From Amphiscolops sp. MND2022 (taxonomy: Eukaryota), in the NCBI GenBank assembly GCA_964187785.1, contig OZ076415.1, positions 55,676,001-55,740,000 on the forward strand: a DNA stretch of 64,000 nt, given 5' to 3'. Of the stretch, positions 24,101 through 36,100 are shown piece after piece. Numbering within the stretch: position 1 is the stretch's first letter; each line of letters begins with the position of its first letter. The notes under the pieces were generated by a model. The model was not told the DNA's origin. It did no database searches and saw only the letters and a list, made by a program, of their open reading frames with translations. The translations under genes were made by a program, and so were the position numbers.

Positions 24101-27100
24101 TGGAACTCACCGATTGCGAAAGTCCTTGACTTCAGCAAGTATGTTCCAAAAAGAATCGTGGAAGCTCTACCAACCGGCGACACTTGGTCGCCGGACGAAT
24201 GTTTCTCACATAACAGATTCAAAGTTCTGGTGTTGCTCCATCTGAAAGTCCGGTCTTCACTGTAGTGTCCACATTATGACTTTTCCTCGGAGTTTCTCAA
24301 GTTTCATGCCTTTTCCTTGTTTTGCACCTCCTTTAAACCCAGTTCAGGATTCAATTACTCACTGCTGCTTCTGGAACTCACCGATTGCGAAAGTCCTTGA
24401 CTTCAGCAAGTATGTTCCAAAAAGAATCGTGGAAGCTCTACCAACCGGCGACACTTGGTCGCCGGACGAAGGTTTCTCACATTACAGGTTCAAAGTTCTT
24501 GTGTTGCTCCATCTGAAAGTCCGGTCTTCACTGTAGTGTCCACGATGTGACATTTGCTCGGAGTTTCTCAAGTTTCATGCCTTTTCCTTGTTTTGCACCT
24601 CCTATTAAACCCAGTTCAGGATCCAATTACTCCCTGCTGCTTCTGGAACTCACCGATTGCGAAAGTCCTTGACTTCAGCAAGTATGTTCCAAAAAGAATC
24701 GTGGAAGCTCTACCAACCGGCGACACTTGTTCACCGGACGAATGTTTCTCACATTACAGATTCAAAGTTCTGGTGTTGCTCCATCTGAAAGTCCGGTCTT
24801 CACTGTAGTGTCCACAATATGACTTTTCCTCGGAGTTTCTCAAGTTTCATGCCTTTTCCTTGTTTTGCACCTCCTTTAAACCCAGTTCAGGATTCAATTA
24901 CTCCCTGCTGCTTCTGGAACTCACCGATTGCGAAAGTCCTTGACTTCTGCAAGTATGTTCCAAAAAGAATCGTGGAAGCTCTACCAACCGGCGACACTTG
25001 GTCGCCGGGCGAATGTTTCTCACATAACAGATTCAAAGTTCTGGTGTTGCTCCATCTGAAAGTCCGGTCTTCACTGTAGTGTCCACATTATGACTTTTCC
25101 TCGGAGTTTCTCAAGTTTCATGCCTTTTCCTTGTTTTGCACCTCCTTTAAACCCAGTTCAGGATTCAATTACTCACTGCTGCTTCTGGAACTCACCGATT
25201 GCGAAAGTCCTTGACTTCAGCAAGTATGTTCCAAAAAGAATCGTGGAAGCTCTACCAACCGGCGACACTTGGTCGCCGGACGAAGGTTTCTCACATTACA
25301 GGTTCAAAGTTCTTGTGTTGCTCCATCTGAAAGTCCGGTCTTCACTGTAGTGTCCACGATGTGACATTTCCTCGGAGTTTCTCAAGTTTCATGCCTTTTC
25401 CTTGTTTTGCACCTCCTATTAAACCCAGTTCAGGATCCAATTACTCCCTGCTGCTTCTGGAACTCACCGATTGCGAAAGTCCTTGACTTCAGCAAGTATG
25501 TTCCAAAAAGAATCGTGGAAGCTCTACCAACCGGCGACACTTGGTCGCCGGACGAATGTTTCTCACATTACAGATTCAAAGTTCTGGTGTTGCTCCATCT
25601 GAAAGTCCGGTCTTCACTGTAGTGTCCACGATGTGACATTTCCTCGGAGTTTCTCAAGTTTCATGCCTTTTCCTTGTTTTGCACCTTCTATTAAACCCAG
25701 TTCAGGATCCAATTACTCCCTGCTGCTTCTGGAACTCACCGATTGCGAAAGTCCTTGACTTCAGCAAGTATGTTCCAAAAAGAATCGTGGAAGCTCTACC
25801 AACCGGCGACACTTGGTCGCCGGACGAATGTTTCTCACGTTACAGATTCAAAGTTCTGGTGTTGCTCCATCTGAAAGTCCGGTCTTCACTGTAGTGTCCA
25901 CGATGTGACATTTCCTCGGAGTTTCTCAAGTTTCATGCCTTTTCCTTGTTTTGCACCTCCTATTAAACCCAGTTCAGGATTCAATTACTCCCTGCTGCTT
26001 CTGGAACTCACCGATTGCGAAAGTCCTTGACTTCAGCAAGTATGTTCCAAAAAGAATCGTGGAAGCTCTACCACTCGGTGACACTTGTTCACCGGACGAA
26101 TGTTTCTCACATTACAGATTCAAAGTTCTGGTGTTGCTCCATCTGAAGGTCCGGTCTTCACTGTAGTGTCCACAATATGACTTTTCCTCGGAGTTTCTCA
26201 AGTTTCATGCCTTTTCCTTGTTTTGCACCTCCTTTAAACCCAGTTCAGTATTCAATTACTCCCTGCTGCTTCTGGAACTCACCGATTGCGAAAGTCCTTG
26301 ACTTCAGCAAGTATGTTCCAAAAAGAATCGTGGAAGCTCTACCAACCGGCGACACTTGGTCGCGGGACGAAGGTTTCTCACATTACAGGTTCAAAGTTCT
26401 TGTGTTGCTCCATCTGAAAGTCCGGTCTTCACTGTAGTGTCCACGATGTGACGTTTCCTCGGAGTTTCTCAAGTTTCATGCCTTTTCCTTGTTTTGCACC
26501 TCCTATTAAACCCAGTTCAGGATCCAATTACTCCCTGCTGCTTCTGGAACTCACCGATTGCGAAAGTCCTTGACTTCAGCAAGTATGTTCCAAAAAGAAT
26601 CGTGGAAGCTCTACCAACCGGCGACACTTGGTCGCCGGACGAATGTTTCTCACGTTACAGATTCAAAGTTCTGGTGTTGCTCCATCTGAAAGTCCGGTCT
26701 TCACTGTAGTGTCCACGATGTGACATTTCCTCGGAGTTTCTCAAGTTTCATGCCTTTTCCTTGTTTTGCACCACCTATTAAACCCAGTTCAGGATTCAAT
26801 TACTCCCTGTTGCTTCTGGAACTCACCGATTGCGAAAGTCCTTGACTTCAGCAAGTATGTTCCAAAAAGAATCGTGGAAGCTCTACCAACCGGCGACACT
26901 TGGTCGCCGGACGAATGTTTCTCACATAACAGATTCAAAGTTCTGGTGTTGCTCCATCTGAAAGTCCGGTCTTCACTGTAGTGTCCACATTATGACTTTT
27001 CCTCGGAGTTTCTCAAGTTTCATGCCTTTTCCTTGTTTTGCACCTCCTTTAAACCCAGTTCAGGATTCAATTACTCCCTGCTGCTTCTGGAACTCACCGA

Positions 27101-30100
27101 TTGCGAAAGTCCTTGACTTCAGCAAGTATGTTCCAAAAAGAATCGTGGAAGCTCTACCAACCGGCGTTACTTGTTCACCGGACGAAAGTTTCCCACATTA
27201 CAGATTCAAAGTTTTGGTGTTGCCCCATCTGGAAGTCCGGTCTTCACTGTAGTGTCCTCTATGACTTTTCATTGGAGTTAACCGATAGCAAGCATCATTG
27301 GTGCTTGCTTTTTGCAAGATATTGCTCCTAGAACAATAGCGACACTCACAAACCGAGCTAGTTAGCTTTGGACTCAAGTTTCGTACATTTCATGCTTTTT
27401 CCTCGTTTTGCATCATCCAATATACTGAATTTTGGGAATGAAAACTCTTGCTGTTTGTGGAACTCACAGATTACTAAAGTCTTTAACTTCAACAAGTATG
27501 TTCCATTTTTTCATCGGACGAAAGTTTCTTACATTACAGATTCCAACTTTTGGTGTTGCCCAGCTGAAAGTCCGGTCTTTCACTGTAGTGTCCTCAATAT
27601 AACTTTTCCCTGGAGTTTCTCCCAAGTTTCATGCCTTTTCCTAGTTTTGCACCTCCTTTAAACCCAGTTCAGGATCCAATAACTTCCTGCTGTTTGTGGA
27701 ACTCACCGATTGCTAAAGTCCCTAACTTTAGCAAGTATGTTCCAAAAAGAATCCTGGAGCTGTACCACTCGGTGGCACTTGTTCACCGGACGAAAGTTTC
27801 TCACAATACAGATTCCAACTTTTGGTCTTGCCCCATCTGAAAGTCCGGTCTTTCACTGTAGTGTCCTCAATATAACTTTTCCCTGGAGTTTCTCCCAAGT
27901 TTCATGCCTTTTCCTAGTTTTGCACCTCCTTTAAACCCAGTTCAGGATCCATTAACTTCCTGCTGCTTCTGGAACTCACTGATTGCGAAAGTCCTTGACT
28001 TCAGCAAGTATGTTCCAAAAAGAATCGTGGAAGCTCTACCAACCGGCGACACTTGGTCGCGGGACGAAGGTTTCTCACATTACAGGTTCAAAGTTCTTGT
28101 GTTGCTCCATCTGAAAGTCCGGTCTTCACTGTAGTGTCCACGATGTGACATTTCCTCGGAGTTTCTCAAGTTTCATGCCTTTTCCTTGTTTTGCACCTCC
28201 TATTAAACCCAGTTCAGGATCCAATTACTCCCTGCTGCTTCTGGAACTCACCGATTGCGAAAGTCCTTGACTTCAGCAAGTATGTTCCAAAAAGAATCGT
28301 GGAAGCTCTACCAACCGGCGACACTTGGTCGCCGGACGAATGTTTCTCACGTTACAGATTCAAAGTTCTGGTGTTGCTCCATCTGAAAGTCCGGTCTTCA
28401 CTGTAGTGTCCACGATGTGACATTTCCTCGGAGTTTCTCAAGTTTCATGCCTTTTCCTTGTTTTGCACCTCCTATTAAACCCAGTTCAGGATTCAATTAC
28501 TCCCTGTTGCTTCTGGAACTCACCGATTGCGAAAGTCCTTGACTTCAGCAAGTATGTTCCAAAAAGAATCGTGGAAGCTCTACCAACCGGCGACACTTGG
28601 TCGCCGGACGAATGTTTCTCACATAACAGATTCAAAGTTCTGGTGTTGCTCCATCTGAAAGTCCGGTCTTCACTGTAGTGTCCACATTATGACTTTTCCT
28701 CGGAGTTTCTCAAGTTTCATGCCTTTTCCTTGTTTTGCACCTCCTTTAAACCCAGTTCAGGATTCAATTACTCCCTGCTGCTTCTGGAACTCACCGATTG
28801 CGAAAGTCCTTGACTTCAGCAAGTATGTTCCAAAAAGAATCGTGGAAGCTCTACCAACCGGCGACACTTGGTCGCCGGACGAATGTTTCTCACGTTACAG
28901 ATTCAAAGTTCTGGTGTTGCTCCATCTGAAAGTCCGGTCTTCACTGTAGTGTCCACGATGTGACATTTCCTCGGAGTTTCTCAAGTTTCATGCCTTTTCC
29001 TTGTTTTGCACCTCCTATTAAACCCAGTTCAGGATTCAATTACTCCCTGTTGCTTCTGGAACTCACCGATTGCGAAAGTCCTTGACTTCAGCAAGTATGT
29101 TCCAAAAAGAATCGTGGAAGCTCTACCAACCGGCGACACTTGGTCGCCGGACGAATGTTTCTCACATAACAGATTCAAAGTTCTGGTGTTGCTCCATCTG
29201 AAAGTCCGGTCTTCACTGTAGTGTCCACATTATGACTTTTCCTCGGAGTTTCTCAAGTTTCATGCCTTTTCCTTGTTTTGCACCTCCTTTAAACCCAGTT
29301 CAGGATTCAATTACTCCCTGCTGCTTCTGGAACTCACCGATTGCGAAAGTCCTTGACTTCAGCAAGTATGTTCCAAAAAGAATCGTGGAAGCTCTACCAA
29401 CCGGCGTTACTTGTTCACCGGACGAAAGTTTCCCACATTACAGATTCAAAGTTTTGGTGTTGCCCCATCTGGAAGTCCGGTCTTCACTGTAGTGTCCTCT
29501 ATGACTTTTCATTGGAGTTAACCGATAGCAAGCATCATTGGTGCTTGCTTTTTGCAAGATATTGCTCCTAGAACAATAGCGACACTCACAAACCGAGCTA
29601 GTTAGCTTTGGACTCAAGTTTCGTACATTTCATGCTTTTTCCTCGTTTTGCATCATCCAATATACTGAATTTTGGGAATGAAAACTCTTGCTGTTTGTGG
29701 AACTCACAGATTACTAAAGTCTTTAACTTCAACAAGTATGTTCCATTTTTTCATCGGACGAAAGTTTCTTACATTACAGATTCCAACTTTTGGTGTTGCC
29801 CAGCTGAAAGTCCGGTCTTTCACTGTAGTGTCCTCAATATAACTTTTCCCTGGAGTTTCTCCCAAGTTTCATGCCTTTTCCTAGTTTTGCACCTCCTTTA
29901 AACCCAGTTCAGGATCCAATAACTTCCTGCTGTTTGTGGAACTCACCGATTGCTAAAGTCCCTAACTTTAGCAAGTATGTTCCAAAAAGAATCCTGGAGC
30001 TGTACCACTCGGTGGCACTTGTTCACCGGACGAAAGTTTCTCACAATACAGATTCCAACTTTTGGTCTTGCCCCATCTGAAAGTCCGGTCTTTCACTGTA

Positions 30101-33100
30101 GTGTCCTCAATATAACTTTTCCCTGGAGTTTCTCCCAAGTTTCATGCCTTTTCCTAGTTTTGCACCTCCTTTAAACCCAGTTCAGGATCCATTAACTTCC
30201 TGCTGCTTCTGGAACTCACTGATTGCGAAAGTCCTTGACTTCAGCAAGTATGTTCCAAAAAGAATCGTGGAAGCTCTACCAACCGGCGACACTTGGTCGC
30301 CGGACGAATGTTTCTCACATTACAGATTCAAAGTTCTGGTGTTGCTCCATCTGAAAGTCCGGTCTTCACTGTAGTGTCCACAATATGACTTTTTATTGGA
30401 GTTAATCGATTGCGAGCATCATTGGTGTTTGCTGTTTGCAAGATATTGCTCCTAGAAGAACAGCGACATCCACAAACAGAGCTAGTTAGCGGTGGACTCA
30501 AGTTTCCTACATTTCATGCTCTTTCCTCGTTTTGCATCTTCGAATATACTAAATTTTGGGAATAAAAACTCTTGCAGTTTGTGGAACTCACCGATTGCTA
30601 AAGTCTTTAACTTCAGCAAGTATGTTCCAAAAGAATCCTGGATCTCTACCACTCGGTGACACTTGTTCACCGGACGAAAGTTTCTTACAATACAGATTCC
30701 AAGTTTTGGTGTTGCCCAGCTGGAAGTCCGGTCTTCACTGTAGTGTCCACGATGTGACATTTCCTCGGAGTTTCTCAAGTTTCATGCCTTTTCCTTGTTT
30801 TGCACCTCCTATTAAACCCAGTTCAGGATCCAATTACTCCCTGCTGCTTCTGGAACTCACTGATTGCGAAAGTCCTTGACTTCAGCAAGTATGTTCCAAA
30901 AAGAATCGTGGAAGCTCTACCAACCGGCGACACTTGGTCGCCGGACGAATGTTTCTCACATTACAGATTCAAAGTTCTGGTGTTGCTCCATCTGAAAGTC
31001 CGGTCTTCACTGTAGTGTCCACAATATGACTTTTTATTGGAGTTAATCGATTGCGAGCATCATTGGTGTTTGCTGTTTGCAAGATATTGCTCCTAGAAGA
31101 ACAGCGACATCCACAAACAGAGCTAGTTAGCGGTGGACTCAAGTTTCGTACATTTCATGCTTTTTCCTCGTTTTGCATCATCCAATATACTGAATTTTGG
31201 GAATGAAAACTCTTGCTGTTTGTGGAACTCACAGATTACTAAAGTCTTTAACTTCAACAAGTATGTTCCATTTTTTCATCGGACGAAAGTTTCTTACATT
31301 ACTGATTCCAACTTTTGGTGTTGCCCAGCTGAAAGTCCGGTCTTTCACTGTAGTGTCCTCAATATAACTTTTCCCTGGAGTTTCTCCCAAGTTTCATGCC
31401 TTTTCCTAGTTTTGCACCTCCTTTAAACCCAGTTCAGGATCCAATAACTTCCTGCTGTTTGTGGAACTCACCGATTGCTAAAGTCCCTAACTTTAGCAAG
31501 TATGTTCCAAAAAGAATCCTGGAGCTGTACCACTCGGTGGCACTTGTTCACCGGACGAAAGTTTCTCACAATACAGATTCCAACTTTTGGTCTTGCCCCA
31601 TCTGAAAGTCCGGTCTTTCACTGTAGTGTCCTCAATATAACTTTTCCCTGGAGTTTCTCCCAAGTTTCATGCCTTTTCCTAGTTTTGCACCTCCTTTAAA
31701 CCCAGTTCAGGATCCATTAACTTCCTGCTGCTTCTGGAACTCACTGATTGCGAAAGTCCTTGACTTCAGCAAGTATGTTCCAAAAAGAATCGTGGAAGCT
31801 CTACCAACCGGCGACACTTGGTTGCCGGACGAAAGTTTCTTACAATACAGATTCCAAGTTTTGGTGTTGCCCAGCTGGAAGTCCGGTCTTCACTGTAGTG
31901 TCCATATAATGACTTTTTATTGAAGTGAAAGCTATTCGCCCTGCTGTGGTTAGTTATACCGTTCCTTGTTATAACGTGCTCGATCGTAACACTTTCGCTT
32001 GAAACGTTTGATTTTCGAAGTTACCTTTTTCCTTTTTTATATGCTGGCAACCTCGAACAATGAATGGTACAATTTTGAGGTAGTTTTTGATTTGAAGTGA
32101 TTTACGCCTTTTGAGGTTTGGGCGGGCGCCGATTTGCCGTTCCAGGCTTCTTTGTAACTTTTTTGACTGAGCAAAATGTTTCGCCAAGAAGTATTAGAAA
32201 TGTTACGAATTTTATGTTCAGCGTCAAGATCTCGAAAGTTTTCATTTTTCTGCCTTTCAACCAATATTTGTCTGGAAGATGATCATGTTTTCAATCATTA
32301 AAGTGCAACCCTTTATGTTTTGTTTTTGTCGATGAATGATCGTGCAGAAGTGACAAATGCATATATGTCTACTTTTCATGATTTTCCTTATATTTGAGAT
32401 CGTAATTCAGCTTCTTTGGGTTTGTCTCATTCGAAAGGTAATCAACTTTGAATCTTTTCGAAATGGATCCTTTGTTGTCGAGGTCTAAATTCGCCGATTC
32501 AGACAGTTTTCTGATACTTGAAGCAAAATATCCATTTTTCAATATCCATTTGGGAATAAAATCTTAATGATATCAATATCTCTTAATCCCTTCTTTGCCT
32601 TTATACACTGCTTGACTTGTTTTCGGTTGGATTTTGTTGAATGAGATGTTCCCTAGTATGAATCGAGTTTTGCCGTTGTTAACTGTCTCATCCTCGGTTA
32701 TTCAGATCTTTCATTTCTGGTGTTAAATGAGATCTCGAATTTTCAGTTATTGAAGCATGTGTCTCAACATCAACCTTTTGTGGAACCTTCCTCTTTGTAA
32801 TCAACTGTCTCTCAGAAGCCCTTCCAAATTGTCAGTTGATGTTGAAACTTTTAGGATTTTTTTCTTCTCGTTTTCATTGGTTTACATAGGCTGTGGGATA
32901 ATGTTTTCGTGAATTCTTTGGTTTCGTATGGAGTTGTAAAATTTTGATCGTGAACGTAGTTAAGATCGTCGCCAACTCAAAGCAACTATATTAATTTGTA
33001 AGACTTCTTCATTCAGAGTTCAGCGTCGCCCCTTATTCGAGGATTCGAGGCGTCAAACTTTTCGTCCGAAGCTGAACCTAAAGTTTTTCGTCTCAATTTT

Positions 33101-36100
33101 CAACTCCGACATACTAGATTACAAGCTGCATTGCTTCTTGACTAATGAACGAAGTGTATAAGCGTCAACCATTAACTCTTGAACTTTTCTCTGCTAGATC
33201 AGCTTCCGCACCAAGAATGCTTTGAAATGTACGTGCTAACATTTTTCAACACAAAGTCATCAGATGTTTGGAGTTCGGAGCGTTCTCCAATCGTTACAGA
33301 CGAATGATACCGGAAAGGTCTAGAAATCCAGTGTCGAATAAATGAACGGAATAAATGAACTTAAAAATGCAATTTCTAAAAAACGACAAAAAAGTTTTTT
33401 GAACCCTCTTTATGAAGAAATATATATGTCTATGAAGTTTTCAAGGAATATGCGGCTGTTGCTTGTGAATTAAGATGAATCGTGTTTCAGCAATTGCTTT
33501 GTCGCTGAAGGAGTCTTCAGACGTGCGTCCCTCTTCCGCGACCGCCTCTTCGACTGCACCCTCTGCGCCCTTCAATGTGGGTAGTAGCCTTCTTTCGGAC
33601 AACAGACCTGTGCTCTCTGCTGCCGCGTCTCTGAGTGGGGGCGCCGAAACAAAGAAAGTTAGAGCCATGTACGATTTCGAGGCTGCGGAAAGCAATGAAC
33701 TCACCTTCAAAGCTGGAGAAATCATCATCCTTCAAGACGACAGGTGTTATATTACAATCTAGACAACGTTTTAAACCACCCTCGTGGTCAAAAATGGAGA
33801 AAAATCGTTGGTTAATTTGCGTTGAAAAACCGAGTTGAAATGACTGCCTTTGTTTCCTTTTCTAGTGTATTACTTATCGCGGGAGCAAGGAAGTGTCTCG
33901 AAACAAAAAATGCTGTCAGTATTGATATTGGTGCATTGAAAATATCTCAATTATCCAAACAACGGTCAAAATTCACCTCTGCGTCCACGTTTTATGGGTA
34001 TCATGAAGCATCATTGCCTTTAAAAATGAATTGTTTCATTGATCAAATATGTTTAGTTAAATTTTCCGGTTCCCTGATAATTCATTGGCAATGTTTTTCC
34101 GTTTCTGAGGTCTGCGCTGAGCCTATGCTAATTAGTTATTGGTGTGCTGTAGTGACGAGAACTGGTGGAAGGGAGAGAACCACAGAGGCTCCGGTCTGTT
34201 TCCCGCCCACTTTGTCACCCGAGACCTGGACGCTCCTGTGCCAGATGTCGTAGACGAGGAGGAAGAAGAGCAAAGCAACAAGTCTAAGAAAAGCTCTTCC
34301 GTTGGGTTCAAGGTATGTTTTGCAAAAATGGCTAAAAGTTTTGCTTTCATATAATTTTGATCGTGTATGGTTTAAAATGAGACTTTATTGTAAAATCCTT
34401 TCTTGATAGGTGCTCTTTTTCGCACCAATTCCTGGACGAATGGATTTGTTCTTCAAACAGCAACTTTTTGCAAGAATCATTTATCGAAGTGCTCTTTTTG
34501 CAACCTCGTCTCACTTTTTTGCCGTTGAAAGGCAAAAAAAAACATTTAAATGATTCATAACTTCGAAAGTTTCTAAATAGTTTACTTGATTTTTTTCTCA
34601 AAAAAAACATGAAGATAAATTAACGCATTGGTTTGGAGAATGTAATATGGCGATGTCTGTTTCAGGACGAAGTGAAGGTGATAGAGTATTCGAAGAGTGC
34701 TGAAGAGACTTCCTCCCCCCAGTCAACTACTGCAGGTGCTCCTCAGAGTAGTGGCCCGGTGGAGATAGATGCAGACAAGATAGCGCAAGTGCTCAGGTAT
34801 CTTGAGACTGCAGACCCCACAGGCATGAGTCAAGATCCCCCGGAGATGGTGGCACTCGAAGGTAAAAGTGCACCCATGTAGCTACCAACTTGAAAGCAAA
34901 ATAGCTCTTTTCAGGTTTCATCGAAGCCAGGGTTCGCTTGTTTAAAACATACCGTGTTTTAAACGCGTTTTAAACCTGACAAAAACCTTAATTTTGTTCA
35001 ATAGTTTTTATTCAGTTATAAATATTTTCAAGTTCCTAAAATTGCAAGTAATCTTGGGCAATTTGGCGGCAGACATCAAGAAAATAGTCGATTCGCTTCT
35101 GGTTATTCTCCAAGTTTTTTCTCCGAATTTTCAACAGCCTGGGTTTCGTCCACGACGAAACACGAAATCGACGCTCAATTGAAAAAGCTAACGAACTTGC
35201 TTTTTGTCTTCGCGTACCGCAATAAACTCAGTGCTTAGGTAGTTTAGTGTTAAAAGCATTTGTGATAGATTTAGAGTTTTGAACATGTTTTAAACAAAAA
35301 TTTCAATGTTTTAAACGTATTTAAACGTTTTAAACACATTTTCTTTCAAAATCTTGTTTTTTTCCGAACCCTGCTCTAAGCACTGAATCTAATTTTTACA
35401 TTGAAGTTGATCTTTGGTATCAGCTTTGGCTGTTGATATTGGAAAACTTCAACTAATGCGTTGGAAACTTTTTTAAATACTCTTCAATTCAATTTTCATT
35501 CAGTATTTCTATTCATCACAAATATATCTGTTTCACATGTTTCGCTTCGAAGATTTTTTAAATGTAAGGAGATTGGGTTTGGAAAAAAATAAGGTGAGCC
35601 AATTTCCTCGTTTTACTTTTATTTTCAAGAAATTTTGGCCTCAAGCCTCAATTAACAACCCATGTTTTTTCAAAAAATTTTGCTAATAATTTTTCTTTCT
35701 TATTTTTATTGATCTGATTCGATAATTACAATCTTATTGATTTCGAATGTGTTGTCGAATGTTCACAGTTTATATTCCGGTAATTTCTAGTCAGAAAGTT
35801 GCAAAATATGTTGATTACGGCAACTTGTGTTTTATTGCATGTACGTCCTTGTACAAAGCTTCATTTATTTGACTCCAATGGAGCTGCTTTTCATTTTTGC
35901 TAGATAAGTTACGGGTGGTTTCCCAATTTAGCCTAATCGTGTTTTGCTCATCTTCAGTCAGCAATAAATTGACTTGAGTAAGATTCAAGTTTCGGCAATG
36001 AATCGACTGTGAGAAATGATTCCCTTAGTCGTACCCAAAAAAGTTTGTGGTATTTCTGTGTTAATAGTTTTTCATGTCCTTCAGTTTTCCGGTGAATGAT

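Noticed and set aside
19375-31920. CRISPR array or repeat-spacer system
   Set aside because: Whole units are near-identical with no unique spacers, there are no cas genes, and the context is a eukaryotic intron.
19355-31923. Dozens of 71-97 aa ORFs (..[18 protein letters not shown]..) as a tandem protein family
   Set aside because: They are by-products of the satellite. Unit length 271/272 is not a multiple of 3, starts are mostly TTG/GTG and shift with a 1-bp indel, and no domain is recognisable.
31920-33400. Possible coding relic downstream of the satellite
   Set aside because: Only short ORFs with no recognisable motif or element boundary were found.
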